Shown here: in pieces, positions 1-18,702 of the stretch | How the letters are laid out: every line of letters begins with the position of its first letter | Position numbering within the stretch: position 1 is the first letter of the stretch | Assembly: GCA_965153355.1 (NCBI GenBank) | Contig: OZ231126.1 | Coordinates: 18,538,001 to 18,602,000 of the forward strand | Source: Flaccisagitta enflata | Taxonomy: Eukaryota | DNA length: 64,000 nucleotides | Direction: 5' to 3' | Translations under genes and position numbers: made by a program | Notes under the pieces: generated by a model | What the model was told of the DNA's origin: nothing | Seen by the model: the letters and a program-made list of their open reading frames with translations, nothing else | Database searches by the model: none

Positions 1-158
1 TTATAGGCCATTGCAAGCTAAGTGTGAATTTCTGTTGTTCTGTAGATCTGCCCCTGCCCACCCGTCCGCGACATATGGCCCGTTTAGGGCTGATTTTTTT
101 TTCAAGTCGTTTACCGTTGTCTACACATTTTTATTTAAGTAAACTAGCTTTCACTAAC

Positions 159-3100
159 CGGAATCAGATTCTTTTCATCCGTGAGAAAAACCATATCGGT
201 GAGAATTCCAAATTCTTTGATACGAGTTTCGATCATTTCCGCGTAGTCTCGTTGTGACTTGTGGATGACGACGAGATACGCGTCCGTGGGTCGATCTTTC
301 ACTGGATCTTTTGCCGGTGGCGGCGGAGGACCAGGGTCCCTCGTCTCCCTCGGTTCGCTGGTTAAGGAAGGTTAGAACAATTATCATTACCGTAAACTAA
401 CGCATATAAGAAAGGCATATCAAGATGAAAGCATATCATGAAAGCATATCAAGATGAGTCCATTACAAAATCACTTCCCCCCCCCCCCCTTTCCCTCCAA
501 AGAAAGCGAAGACATACATGCACAGTTATAAACCTTACAATACAATTTTAGACGTACTTACCGTCTGTAATCTTCCTCGGGTCTTCTGTAGTCTTCTCGA
601 CGGTGATGGTCATCCGGGGGTGGTCGTCTGTAATCGGGATAACCCTCCTCACGTCGGGGAGGATAGTCGCGTTCTCTGAAAATGATTTCAGGAGGCGGTC
701 GACATGTTGTTAGACAATCGATATGGGAAAGCCAACCAATTTCAAACAGCGATTATCGAGAGTTCAAAGGGGATTTAACGCTTAACGAATTTATTACCTA
801 GTTGGGTATGGATCACCACGGCGGTAAGGATCATCCCTGCGATCATAACCCGAGGGCGAGCGAGATCTCTCCGGGTAATAACGCTCTCCTGGAGGATAAT
901 CTCGACCACTGCGTCCACTTCTGCAGTGAAAAGAGGGAGAGCGTGGCATATAACTTAAAAGAGTCGAGAAAAAACCGCATGATCGTGGAGCTTTGAGAGA
1001 TTTTTTAAGATTAATGAACATGATGAATTGATTATTACTGCCAGTAAACTAAACCCTTACGGCGGTGGTGGTCGATAATCTTCTCTGCTTCTCGTCAAAT
1101 TGTAGGGTCTTTTGAGGGGTGGGTTTCCCTGGCGCCCCTCTTTCGCCATTTTGACGTCGATCTTCAAGCCGTGGTACATGGATCCACCCTCTTCCTGTAT
1201 CGCCATACGAGCCTCCTCAACGCGTTCGTACTGAATGAATCCAAATCCTTTGTGCACCGAACACCCTGTTGGTAAGACGATACTACTTTAACTTCTCTGT
1301 ATATCGAGCCAGGTAAGGTCAATTACAAAATATTTTTGCGATGAGTGAACAAAATAAAGTAAGGGTTTTCACACTTAGCACTACAGACTTGATTCAGATA
1401 TGAAATGCAGATGTGAAAACTCCATAGGACATGAAAAAGATCAGCAGAGCAGAGCCAACTAGCGAAATAACTACAGTGGGGTTCATGGAATAACAGCCTA
1501 AACTGGAGGAAGGTGTTTAAGTGGCTCAATTTCGTTTGCCAAACTTAATATTAGAAATATAGGTTGTTCAATCGATGCTTTTGTCCTTGAGTTTCTCAGT
1601 TGCTATGGAAACCAAAATTATTTTTTGTACATTTATAATTACTAGAATATCACTATTTTGACAAATATTATCAGGGAACATTGCTCAGAATCAAATTTGC
1701 AACAACTTTCCCACAGTATGTTCTGTAAGAATATTGCCCATTTAACCGTTGCAAGGGAGCATCATTTAGCAGTTGCTAGGTGTGATGCCCCCTAGCAACG
1801 GCCAAACGAGCAATATTCTTACAGAACATACTGTGGGAAAGTTTTAGCAAATCTAATTCTGAGCAATGTTTCCCAATAGTATTTGTCAAAATATTGATAT
1901 TCTAGTAATTGTATATGTTTGAAAAAAAGATTTTTGGTTTCCATAGCAACCGAAAAACTCAGGGACAAAAGCATTGATTGAATAACTTATATTTCAAATA
2001 TCAAATTTATAAAATGAAAATAAGACACTTAAATTACTTCCTCCAGTTTAGGCTGTTATTCTACGAACCCCACTGTAAGAGCAGCGAAGTTTTCAATGGA
2101 AATTTGAATTAAACTTACCGAGAATTTTGCCGTACTTGCAGAACTTCTCTTCAACCTCTCGCTTCCCCACTTGGTCCGTCGGTAAGTTTCCTATGAAGAG
2201 TCGAGATTCCAAGAGAGCCGGATCGTCGCTATTCGTTATGCTGCGGGAAAAAAATGATACCATACTTGGGCATCAGCGGGAAAACTTCACGAATTGATAA
2301 AGTACTCAGAAAGAATGTAATGTGCACACGGAGAGGAGAATACAAGAGAGAACATGGTCAATTTCATACAGAGGAAGGAGAAATATAAGATGTGAACCCC
2401 CTAAAACTGTAGCACCCCCCTTACAGATCAAACTACAGAAATAAATAATTTATATAAGGTTTTAAGTTATAGCTTAGGACTATACAATTGGCACCACCAG
2501 AGCGATTTTAAAATTTCCACTCTAGCTTGAAGTTATAGCACAAAAACTTAAATTTTATGAATATTTAAAAATTACTTATTTAAATATGTCTTTTTATTAT
2601 ATTTTGAGTAAGATCAAAATTTAAAAATCGCTCTGTTGGCGCTACTTGTATTGATACAAACATTAAAAAATCTCAGAATCAAGTCAAAATTTTGGGATTT
2701 TACTGTCCATCCTGTAATAGACCAATTTTGACCCCAGGAATCCGAATTTGCAGTCAAAAATGGTCTCAGGTCAATATTTCGATCGACTACGGCTACATTT
2801 CTCAGGTCAAAATACTATATAAGGTAAAATTTTCAAAATTGGAAATTTGTCTATCTGATTGCAGATTCAAAATCCTTGGAAAAAACTATGATAAGAAAGT
2901 GTCTTTTTTTTTTTAAATTTTGAGTGGAACATAGTCAAAATTAGCATCAACTATCCAAAATAGAGTAAAATTGCTCTTTTGTCTAAATTTGACCTTATTT
3001 TGGTCGATATTGTTAATTTTGACTATGTTCTAAACAAAATTTTCAAAAAAGAAAGACACTTTCTTCACACAGTTTTTTGCAAGGATTTTGAATCTGCAAT

Positions 3101-5648
3101 CAGATTGACAAATTTCCAATTTTGAAAATTTGACTTTATATGGCAATATGACCTGTGAAATGTAGCCGTAGTCGATGGAAATATTGACCTGAGACCATTT
3201 TTGGCTGCAGATTTGGATTCCTGGGGTCAAAATTGATTTTGTATCGGATGGACGGTAAAATCCCAGAATTTTGACTTGATCCTGAGATTTTTTAATACAA
3301 ACATTTTTTCTTTACCCCAGAAGTCTCTATAATATAATTTGTTAGAGCTGTAGGTGGAGGTGCTGCAGTTTTTAGGGAGTTCACACCTTGTATTTAGCAC
3401 TTCTCTGTAGTCAAAAATCTACTCTTCAAGTGAGCTTTTTAGATATTCTCTCAGAAACTTCATGCGCGAATATTCGTATATCTTATCAAGGTTCTTAAAG
3501 GGAATCTTAAAAATACTGCAAGTATCCCCTCATGCAGTTCTCACCTTGAAAACCCATGTTCACCTTTGGATTCAACGCGCCTAACTACCGGACCTCCTCC
3601 AGCGTCCCTGTTCATATTTATAAACATATTGAAAAAATTCTGAAAACCTTGAAATCGTCAGTCATTCCATAATATACCACAAATCACACGTCAATCAAAA
3701 GATGCACCAAATTTCCTATCAATTACAAACCGATCGTTTCTTTCCCACATTAACAACAATAACTTTTCCAATCGGTCAGTCGAACCTGAGACTATCGCCA
3801 AACCATATTCCATTCGGGGAAATAGTACAAATAGTTATCAAATAATCCAAATAATCAATCATACAAACAACCAATCCAAATAATCATTCACACCAACAAC
3901 CAATCACGCAAACCACCAAGCACGCAAGCGAAACAGACCGCAAGCAACCAATCATGTAAACAACCCATCACGCAACCATTTGCGCAATCAATCGCGTAAA
4001 CAACCACTCACGTATATAACCCGTCAACCAAACAACCCGTCAACCAAACAACCCGTCAACCAATCAACCCGTCAACCAAACAACCCGTCAACCAAACAAC
4101 CCGTCAACCCAACCCGGCAAATAAAAAACCCGTCAACCAAAAAACCAGTAAACCAAACAACGAGTCAACCCAGCAACCAGTCAACCCAACAACCAGCCTA
4201 GAAGTGAACCAAACTACCAGTCTAGCAGTCAACCAAACAACCAGTCTAGCAGTCAACCAAACAACCAGTCTAGCAGTCAACCAAACAACCAGTCCAGCAG
4301 TCAACCAAACAACCAGTCCAGCAGTCAACCAAACAACCAGTCCAGCAGTCAACCAAACAACCAGTCTAGCAGTCAACCAAACAACCAGTCTAGCAGTCAA
4401 CCAAACAACCAGTCTAGCAGTCAACCAAACAACCAGTCTAGCAGTCAACCAAACAACCAGTCTAGCAGTCAACCAGACAACCAGTCTACCAGTCAACCGA
4501 ACTAGCAGTCAACCAAACAACCAGTCAACCAAACAACCAGTCAACCAAACAACCAGTCAACCAAACAACCAGTCAACCAAACCATCAGTCAACCAAACAA
4601 CCAGTCAACCAAACAACCAGTCAACCAGTCAACCAAAAAACCAAACAACCAGTCAACCAGTCAACCAAACAACCAGTCAACCAAACCATCAGTCAACCAA
4701 ACAACCAGTCAACCAAACAACCAGTCAACCAAACAACCAGTCAACCAAACAACCAGTCAACCAAACAACCAGTCAACCAAACAACCAGTCAACCAAACAA
4801 CCAGTCAACCAAACAACCAGTCAACCAAACAACCAGTCAACCAAACAACCAGTCAACCAAACAACCAGTCGACCAAACAACCAGTCGACCAAACAACCAG
4901 TCAACCAAACAACCAAACAATCAGTCAACCAAGCAACCAGTCAACCAAACACTCATTTACACAATCTATCATTAGATCATTCAAAAGGACAACCAAATCT
5001 TGACAATTTATCGAAATAATTATTCAAAAAGGCTAAATCATTCAGACTGACAATTGTCTGCTTGATCATTTACAAAACGCTTCAATCATTCACACAAGCG
5101 GCTCATCAATTATTCAAACAATCTTGACATACAATCACTGGAAAAATTTAGAGCACTGTCGAGCTGTCAGTCCCAACCCTGAAGATACATCGCTCCGTTA
5201 GCGAGCACCCACCCAGACGGTGAGCCACTGCAAATTTTACCCTGATCGTTATTTTAGATTCTAATCTTAGAATTTACATCTTTGTTGCTAAGTTGCTCAG
5301 CTCGGGTCAAGCAAGAGTAGTGTATAGGAACGCGTCCGAATTTAGTTCTACTTACCTTCGATCCGCCGGTGGTTTGCTTCTAGTCTCGCTGGCCCCGCGG
5401 TCACGGTCTCTCCCGTTCCGTTCGTCCCTTTCCGCTCGATCAGCGCCATTCGTACCGGATTTGTTCTGAAAAAAAAGAGTAAGTAGTTAATATGCGTTTC
5501 TAACAGGACCAAAGCGCTCGGTTAGGCAATCGCGCCTATTCATCACATACCACCGAAATAAGATAAGTTTAAAACCGAAATAAGATAAGTTTACCTCGGT
5601 CGCTGACGCGTCTTCCGTTCTGGACTCAGCCGCTTCATCGGCCTCCAT
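159..5648 (-). CDS. NCOA5: Nuclear receptor coactivator 5 homologue with an N-terminal RRM (3' part lies beyond the left edge of the window)
   Basis: GT-AG exons with consistent phases, in transcript order: 5595..5648 (MEADEAAESRTEDASATE, in-frame TAA upstream), 5356..5465, 3545..3607, 2119..2240 (ITNSDDPALLESRLFIGNLPTDQVGKREVEEKFCKYGKILG, RNP2), 1061..1265 (CSVHKGFGFIQY, RNP1), 798..920 and 562..675 (RD/RDYP-rich), 159..357 (PTDAYLVVIHKSQRDYAEMIETRIKEFGILTDMVFL, resembling the NCOA5 anticodon-binding-like domain as I recall it). Confidence 0.88.
1474..2075. mobile_element. Fold-back (near-palindromic) MITE, Tc1/mariner-type termini, in an NCOA5 intron
   Basis: TA|CAGTGGGGTTC...GAACCCCACTG|TA; the two halves are reverse complements over about 300 bp. 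Confidence 0.8.
2369..3407. mobile_element. TA-flanked TIR element containing a long internal palindrome (about 2663..3296)
   Basis: TA|CAGAG...GTGAACCCCCTAAAACTGTAGCACC mirrored by GGTGCTGCAGTTTTTAGGGAGTTCAC...CTCTG|TA; the inner arms are reverse complements (the mirrored ORFs 2692..2916 + and 3030..3230 - reflect this). Confidence 0.7.
3860..4950. repeat. CAACCA-rich minisatellite (16-bp GTCAACCAAACAACCA and 24-bp GTCAACCAAACAACCAGTCTAGCA units) in an NCOA5 intron
   Basis: Directly visible tandem units. Confidence 0.9.
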
Positions 5649-5841
5649 GGCAAATCGTCGTTATAGTTGATGCAGGGTTCGTAATAATGTCAATCGGATC
5701 GGATGGTAATGGGTACTGGGTACGGGGGTTTACTGAGGGGCCCGAACAATCGACGGCGATACGAGTGCAGCAGCGGGTTGATAAAGTTTGAAAATCGATC
5801 TTGCCGCCAATAATTTGTAACCGGCGAGTGAGAAATGTATG

Positions 5842-5898
5842 CCGGAACCACCGGAAACTGCCCGAAACTGCCGGAAAACGAAAAACGTACCGCCGGAT
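5842..5898. promoter_or_regulatory. Cluster of CCGGAA (ETS-core-like) motifs upstream of the NCOA5 start
   Basis: gCCGGAAccaCCGGAAactgcccgaaactgCCGGAAaa...CCGGAT about 200 bp upstream of the ATG in a CpG-rich patch; motif match only. Confidence 0.3.
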
Positions 5899-6007
5899 AT
5901 TTTTTTCGAACAATGGCCGGCGATGCGATGATAGTTCTGGAATTGACGTACAGGGGACTCTTTTAAAGTGAAGCCCAGAGAATAAACAAAGGAGCAATTG
6001 TCAGAAA

Positions 6008-6010
<3 letters not shown>

Positions 6011-6100
<90 letters not shown>

Positions 6101-6121
6101 AAGAAAGAAAGAAGAGAGAAA

Positions 6122-6205
<84 letters not shown>

Positions 6206-6387
6206 CGCACAAACACGCACACACAAACACATACACACAGACATACAGACATACACGGAGACACAGACAAACAAAAAGAGACAGAGAAACGTAGAAACAG
6301 GGAATCAGAAGGAGAAGAAAAAGAGGAAGGAGAAGAAGTGGAAGAAGAAGAAGAGAAGGATGATGATGATGGTGATGATGAGGATGG

Positions 6388-6421
<34 letters not shown>

Positions 6422-6444
6422 AATGATGATGATGATGATGATGT

Positions 6445-6480
<36 letters not shown>

Positions 6481-6652
6481 CGATGATGATGATTAAGAGG
6501 AAGAAAAACAATGAAAAACTTAAGGAATAAGACGAGGCAACGATATCGGTGACAATTATGTCAACAATAGCAACTAACAACAAGTTTTATCACAACCAAA
6601 ACAACAACAATGACAACAACGACAACAACAACAAAAAAACCAACAACAACTA

Positions 6653-6748
<96 letters not shown>

Positions 6749-6750
6749 AA
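6011..6750. repeat. Compound microsatellite block (GA)n, (CA)n, (GAT)n, (CAA)n
   Basis: Directly visible. Confidence 0.95.
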
Positions 6751-9229
6751 CTGCTTGGGGATTACTGAAACTAGTGACGGGGGTCACAATATCTTTGCGG
6801 ACAGGTGGGCAGGGGCGTCCAACCCCCATCCAACCCCCCCCCCCCCCCTCAAATGCACAAAAAGCATCTAAAACACTTGTTTTTCTTCTTTTTGTCGGAC
6901 AGACGGACAGACGGACGGACGGACGGACGGACAGACCAGTGGTCAAAGCTTTTTATATAGAGTTGCGTGTCCGCAACTAAAAGGAGAAGGAAAACAATCT
7001 GTACGTTGTTTTTTTCAGGGATAAGTAATAGTAACAACAGCAACAACAACAACATTGTTGAAAAGAGCGAGGCTCCTTAAAAAGATTTAAAATGATAACG
7101 TTTTGATTCAGGGGAACAACAACAAGTACAACGACAACAGCAACGGCGACAATAACAATTGACGCCGAACGTAATGCAATACACCGGGGAACGATCCCAG
7201 CTAGTGGGGCCGAAGGCCGAAGGGTTCCACTAGTCCCCGTCAACAACAACAAGAGCAGGAACGAAAATAACAACAATAACAACAAAAAACGAAAACGAAA
7301 AAAAAAAAAAAAAACAAAAAGAAACCAAAAAAAAATCGGAAAATCAAAAAATCAAAAAATCAAAAAATCAAAAAATCAAAAAATCAAAAAAACGAGGGTG
7401 GTCAGGGGTCAGGGGTCAAAAATTTCAATATCTCCAATCTGTCTGGAATTTTACGCATGTAATTACGTAACTACAATAATTTTATCATAACAATAAGAAA
7501 ATACCTAAGAAATTACGTAAAATGCATTACTTTAAAAACTGCTTTTGAGCATCTTCTGAGTCGCGGCCTCTGTTAGAGGCTTTGACCGTCCGTGGGTCTG
7601 TGATGATCAACTCAAAAGTGTCAAAACGCTCATGTACGTGTAAAGGCTGTTTTCTTTTTTCGAAGAACAGTTCATCATAAATATGTTCTCTCAGCCTATG
7701 CAATATTATTGCCAATATATTCAATAAGGTCACTCTATTACAGGCTAGATTCCGTTATTCGTCCGTTCATTCATTTTTTGGGCAGCGGCCCCGAAGGGGA
7801 CGAAGTCCTGTAGAATATAGGGGGAATCTGTCTGTCCGTCTGTCTGTCCGTCCGCCCTGCCCCATCCTCAGGGCTTCGTCTCCTTTGGCTTCTGATACCT
7901 AGATTCTGGCTTCTAAAACCCATATCCTAGCCTTAGAGACCCAGATCTTGACCTCTGGGACCCTGATTCTGGTCTCTGAGATCCAGGTTCTGGCCTCAAA
8001 CACTTAAATCCCGGCCTCAGAGACTCAAATCCCGGACTCTCAGACCAAGAAATTGGTCTCTGAGACGAAATTCTGGCCTAGAAGACCCAGATCCTTGCCT
8101 GCTCCCCCTCAACATAACCTACAAACTACCTAAAAGAAGGGCACGGGTACTGTTGTCCATATATACTGCCTTTTGTCATTTCTCTAAGTTATTCAATCAG
8201 AGTTTAAATAACAAGGCATCTTGGAGAGATGGAAGGCAGACAGAAAGATGGATGGACGGATGGACAGACAGATTCCCCCTGTGTTCTACAGGACTTTATT
8301 CCCTTTAGGGCCGCTGCCCTACTCCCCCTTAACCTAAATCACATATTACTCAAGCAGGGCACGGGTACCGCTGACCACTTACTACCCTTGCTTCATTCAT
8401 TCATTTCATTAAATTTCCCAAGTATTTGCAGTAAGTCGTCTTTTCTGGACCGTTTTTGCATAGATATTCCAGCTGGTTACCATGCAATTTTGCATTTAAT
8501 GTATTTAATGTATACATATATCCCTTTGCGAAGTCATTTTAACTTATATTGTCATTATGAACATTTTGGACATTTTCAATCAAGAAACTCTTCTTGAGTG
8601 CCCCTTCCGACCCCTAAAAATGAACTTTATCTATGCCCACTTACCCAGTGTCTTCATGACTTCACACTCTTTCTGTTTGCTTCTTACCCCGACTCTTCCT
8701 CGGCGGTATCTTCAACCCCAAACACTTTCATCTAATCTATTTCTATATCTTATCTATATCTGTTCGTGTCCTTTACCCCGCTCTTGCTTGTCGCCTAACT
8801 TCCCATTAACAACTCTATCAGTAAAATAACCTCTCTCCGCTCTTTCCCCCCCCCCCATACCCCCTCTCTCTATTTGCAACCTTCCCCCGCAACCCCGCTT
8901 ACCCTCCCCCCACCACGGGCTCCTCAACCCTTAACTCCTCCGAAGTTGAAGAGGCATCATTATGGGCGCAATTCTTCAGCGAAGGAGGTCGTGGTATGTA
9001 TGTCGATCCGTGGCCACTAAGCTAAGACCCAAATTTAATGACTTCCTCGAAGGCCATGAGGTGATTTATTATCGTGTCTTGGAGATATTTCTTTCACTTT
9101 TAAACTCTTATTGTTGTCTTTAACTGAAAAGTTGAGGAGTGGTCGGTCGGCCGCATCCTTTTAATTCACCTCCTCCTCCTCCTCCTCCTCCTCTTCCTCC
9201 CCTTCCTCACTTCTCTCATTTTCTATCGA

Positions 9230-9435
9230 CCTGCGATGATTTTTTTGTTCACCTCCTTCAGTAACATCTCAGAAGAAGTTGACCGACGGTTGGAGCTCTT
9301 CGTCATCCCTCCAACTTGCTCGACAAGTCTTCTCTTTCTTTTCTTTATTTTTTTTTCTTAAGAATCTCATCGCCTGTCGTTCTGCTTTTTTTCATTTTTG
9401 ATTTCTTTTGATTATTTTTTTTTGAAGTTTGAAAG
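9230..9435 (+). other. Probable non-coding 5' exon of tropomyosin paralogue 1
   Basis: Strong donor GAAAG|GTAAGT at 9436 and an acceptor ACAG| at 10294, 12 nt before the ATG; the 5' boundary is only approximate. Confidence 0.45.
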
Positions 9436-10306
9436 GTAAGTAAGAAATGACTCGACCATTTATTTTGTTTCTTTCATTGATTGACAGGTTGTGGTCGTCA
9501 GATTGAAATAGAGAAAAAATATATTCTTTCACATCATTATGTGTCCTCTATATCTCTGACAAAGAGGAACACTATTTGAAGAACAATAACGATTGGGTGT
9601 CTCATTACTGAATACTGATAAGTTTTGTTATAAGTTTAGCTCCTACATTGTGTTCCCGAAAAAGCCCGAAAATAGTGATACCAGTGGACATGTGGACGAC
9701 CCAATCGAATGATCAATAAACAGACAGACTGATAAACCAACAGCCATTACATCTTACGACACTAAACAGTGAATCAGAGCAAACTCTTCAAATTACATGA
9801 GTAGAATACATCTATTTAATGATTTGTCGAAAGACAGGTTCAATCCTTTTTCTATTTCTGGCTAAAACATTTTTTTGCAGAAATAACTCAAAATCAAAGA
9901 ATACATGTAACCTTGACTTAAAATATTTCTCCGTTCAAAAGGCTTTACAAAATTTCTGTACGCATTAGTGCAAAGAGTCATGGAATATCTAGATAGTACG
10001 TGAGTGACTCGAGGCCAATAGTTCTGTGCGTTTCTTTTACGGTCGTGGACACCACTCTACAAGATGCTTAATGCTTTGCCCGTCCGTCAGTCCATCCATT
10101 TGTCCGTCCGTCTGTCATGCTTAGGTTGATAAGTGTGAATAGTGTAAATACGCGATTGTGGTTGCGGGTGTGTGAGTATGTGCTTTCCCCCCCCCCCCGC
10201 CAGGTCTGCGACGATATTGTAACCCCGGGTTACTTGTTCCTTGTTATCATTTAATAAACATTCCCAATCATTTTTCTTTTTCATGTGACAACAGAAAACC
10301 AGCAAA

Positions 10307-14616
<4,310 letters not shown>

Positions 14617-15364
14617 TACTTTTATCAATTATCACGAATGTACAATTTTTTATTATTGTCCCATATCCGTAAAGATTCGTATGTCCGTCTTAACGTGTCT
14701 CTCTGTCCATCTCCGGCGTCCCATTATTCATCATTTATATTGAATCTGAATACCTCAACCTTACCTCAAAGTCTCAAACTTACGTCTGTAATGATATGGC
14801 ACTTTTTTCTTTTCTTTCGTTTTTTTTTTTTGTGGAAAATGTTCACTGCATGGAGTGTGTAGATCATCACTTATATCTCGTCATCTTCTACCTTTTGAAC
14901 TCCAGCCATGCCATGTACAATTTTCGCACATATTTTTGTATATTTCTTGATCGTCATTAATTCTTTTTTTCGGCCTTTTTCTTACGTGAGAAGCACTCAG
15001 GTCTCAGCTCATGAAGCACCTAATTCTGACAAAGATGGAAGTTGCACACAAAATGAGCTCTTTTATGTTTATTTTTATCAGCACGAACGGGCAAGCCTCA
15101 ATTTTCTCAATGCTCATTTATTTGCGAATTGCAATAAAGATAATTAAATTCTTTTCACTTATTTAAACGTTATGAATCGGTTTATATCTGCTGACGTGGC
15201 ACCACAAAAAGTTAAGGTATCTTTGGTTAGTTTAGGTTTTAGTCATTGCGATTTTACATGCGTTTCACTTATCTAGGTAAGGAGCTTGTGATTTTGTGAA
15301 CGCAAGATTCGATTTGGTCATGCACGCTTATGTGAATGTAAATTATGTAATTATGTTGTATTTT

Positions 15365-15446
<82 letters not shown>

Positions 15447-16177
15447 CGTCGATGTTGTTATGGTTGTTGTAAACCGGGGGAGTCTACCCGGGCGAGATGA
15501 GCATGAATGCGGCATCTCATTTTCAGAGGCCACGCGATTCACCACATTGGACCAAGCCATTGAGGCTTTGTATATAAGACTCCTGTCAATGCCTTGTCCA
15601 TATACGACATCATGAACAATCTGGTCTCGTTTGCTATTCACGAGAGGTCAAAATTGAAGTTCTTTTTTGGTCAAATTTGACTTTTTCTGGTGAATACGTA
15701 TGTTACCACGAGTGATTTAGTGAAAAAATCAATGCGAATTTGTATTCCAATAAAAAGTTGTGAATGATTTTGTAAAAAAACAGAAATTTCCCTTTTTCCC
15801 AGTCCTTCTGTCAAATTTTCTTTCTTTCTTCCGTTCTTTCTTTCTTTCTTTCTTTCCATTTTTTTTTTCTGTCTTTCTTTCTGTCTTTCTTTCTTTCTTT
15901 CTTTCTTTCTCTCTTTCTTTCTTTCTTTCCATCTTTTTTTCTTTCTTTTTTATCTCTTTCATTCTTTCTTTCTTTCTTTCGTTGTTTTGTTGTTTCTTTC
16001 TTTCTTTGTTTCTTTCTCTCTCTCTTTCTTTCTTTTTCTTTCTTTCTTTTTCTCTTTCGTTATTTTTCTTTTTGTCTTTCCTTCGTTCTTTCTTTCTCTT
16101 CACTTTTCTTCTTTATTCTTTGCTTCTATCTTTCTCTGATTGTTTCTTTCCCTGCTTATTTCTTTTCCTGTTTTACC

Positions 16178-16950
16178 AATAATGGCGGCTGTCGCCGTGA
16201 GGAAAAAAGTTCTAAGCATTGGTCCCTTTTCACCATGCTTTTGTCTTCAGTCATTGAATTTTTTTTATTTATTAGATCAAATCAAAAGCAATTGTGTGTA
16301 TTGATTGCACTGAAAATCAGAGAAAAATAGAATCGAGCCAAATGAGCTAGATGAGCTAAAATGTTCAAAATAATTTAACCAGACAAACAACTTTGCTTAC
16401 TGACATGCTTCCTTGTATTTGCATGCTTAAATCGAAACAATATTTTACTTATCCTATTTCAAATCAGAGAAAAAGAGCAAGCTAAATGAGCTAAATGAGC
16501 TAGAATACTTAAAAACACTCTCACAGATGAGCAGCTCTGCTCACTGACATATTTTTTTTATTTGCTTGCTTAAACAAGTATAAAAATATTCATTCATTTA
16601 TCGTATTTAAAATCAGAAAGAACAGACTGAGCTAAGTGAGCTAAATGAGCTAAAATGCTCAAAAACGCCCTCACAGATGAGCAGCTGTGCTCATTAACAT
16701 TTTTTTTTGTATTTGCATGCTCAAATAAACATGAATAGACTCCTTTATTAATCTTACACAAAATATAAAAAATTCCAAAAAAATCCCATTTGAATTTTTT
16801 GTAAATAAATCTTTAAAAAATCATAGCGCGAAAAGTATTTGTTGTAGAGTATTCTGCTTGGTGCCAAATGAAAAAGAATTATCAAATTATTTATCCTATC
16901 AATTTGATTGGAGGGCCCATTCGCCAGGATACCGGAACTCCGCATAAGAA
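16178..16950 (+). repeat. Interspersed repeat with GAGCTAAATGAGCTA sub-repeats (family also at about 23956..24580 +, about 57200..57584 -, and a fragment near 36200..36890 -)
   Basis: Shared terminus CA(G/A)T(A/C)ATGGC...GCCGTGAGGAAAAAA and collinear internal similarity between copies; probably a non-autonomous DNA transposon. Confidence 0.65.
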
Positions 16951-17334
16951 AATGAAACCTGTTTCTTTCCGAATATGCAAAAAGTCAAGACTGACTCGAC
17001 TTTTTTTCCCGATTATTTCTTTTTGTTTTTTTTTCTTTCTCTCTTCTATCTTTCTTTCTTCCTTTCTTTCTTTTTCTTTTCTTTCTTTCCTTCTGTTTAT
17101 CTTTCTTTTCTTCTTTCTTCTTTCTTCTTCTTCCATCTTCCTTTCTTCTCTTTCTTCTTCTCTTTTTTCTTTCTCTTTCTTCTTCCTCTTTTCTTCTTTC
17201 TCTTTCTTCTTTCTCATCTTTCCTTCTTTCTCTTTCTTTCTTTTGTTTTTTGTTTCTTTGTTTCTTTCTTGTTTCTTTCTTGTTTCTTCTTTTTTCTTTC
17301 TTTCTTTCCTTCTTCTTTCTTAGTTCTTTTTTTT

Positions 17335-17370
<36 letters not shown>

Positions 17371-17390
17371 TCCTTCTTTCTTTCTTTCCT

Positions 17391-17441
<51 letters not shown>

Positions 17442-18447
17442 AGCTTTCTTTCTTTCTATCTTTCTTTCTTTCTATCTTTCTTTCTTTCTGTAGAACTCGT
17501 ATGGCTTGTGCACCTGGCAGCAGAGAACAAAGAACTTTCATGATTTCTGGCTGAAGAAATGAGCGTTACTATGCTTACCGATAATTTTAGATTCGCATAG
17601 AAAATGAAAAATCTGAAAAATGAAAAACATCAGATGCTAATAAAATGTCATACGATGAATCTGATGTTTTTGAAAATGCGAATTTTTCCCCTCTGTTCTT
17701 GTATTAAAATTATCCGCTTCAAAAATGTTTTTTTTCGAAAATTCCTTCTGACACAGCTTTACATAGAAAAAGGTATAAAAACCATACTTAATTTTGGGCT
17801 AGATCAATAAGATTTGGTATGCATACTCTGTTGTGTGTCTTCTAACTACAGTTCAAATCTCATGATGTTACTCCAACGGGAAGGTAGGTTTTTGCAATTT
17901 TGAATTTGAAGTATCCAAATTTTCTAATTTTATTTGTCACATGACCCCCTGATTGTTTTTTTTTTTATTACGCAAAAATTCTTAAAAACAAAAGGTCACG
18001 AAAATTTTTGCATGTACTATTCTAATTAATGAGCAGGTTAAACTGAAAAATTTGGGTCAAATTTTCAATATAAAAGGGGAATAGGTTGTGAAAATTCCTG
18101 GTGTGAGATCTTTGGCATTAGAATTTGTTGCCTTTTCCAGCATAGGTTTATAAACATTCAGTTTTTTTTCACTGAAACGGCCAAAGAAGCCTTGAAATTT
18201 TTTTTGGTATAAGATTACATGGTTAGGGATGTAGACGGTTGTTTCTGCGGGCCAAAAACTGTTGTTATGATGCCTATAGTAGTACAAAAATGCCTCGAAT
18301 AACAATCGGGTTTACTTAGTTCTCCATGTCATACCGTCTGCTCCAACCAAAACTAAGCATAAGCCAACGTAATTCCACCAAACTAAGCGATTTGGTCATG
18401 TGCATACACACAAATATATCTTGCGGGGCAGAAATGTATTGGTCATG

Positions 18448-18542
<95 letters not shown>

Positions 18543-18543
<1 letters not shown>

Positions 18544-18702
18544 CAGGGTGTGAAAAATTATCCGGACTTGCTCCATAAAGAGAAAATCATATTTAAAAGT
18601 GACCTAGTACTATAAGATTTGAGCTAGAGTACCCCAGTTAGTCATACTAGGAGCTATAATTGAGGAGTAATTACCAAGTCCGGATAATTTTGCACACCCT
18701 GT
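18543..18702. mobile_element. Small TA-flanked MITE inserted in a (TG)n tract
   Basis: TA|ACAGGGTGTGAAAAATTATCCGGACTTG...CAAGTCCGGATAATTTTGCACACCCTGT|TA. Confidence 0.75.

Noticed and set aside
4204-5019. 271-aa NQTTS-repeat ORF
   Set aside because: Translation of an intronic minisatellite that lacks stop codons by composition; GTG start and no splice or domain support.
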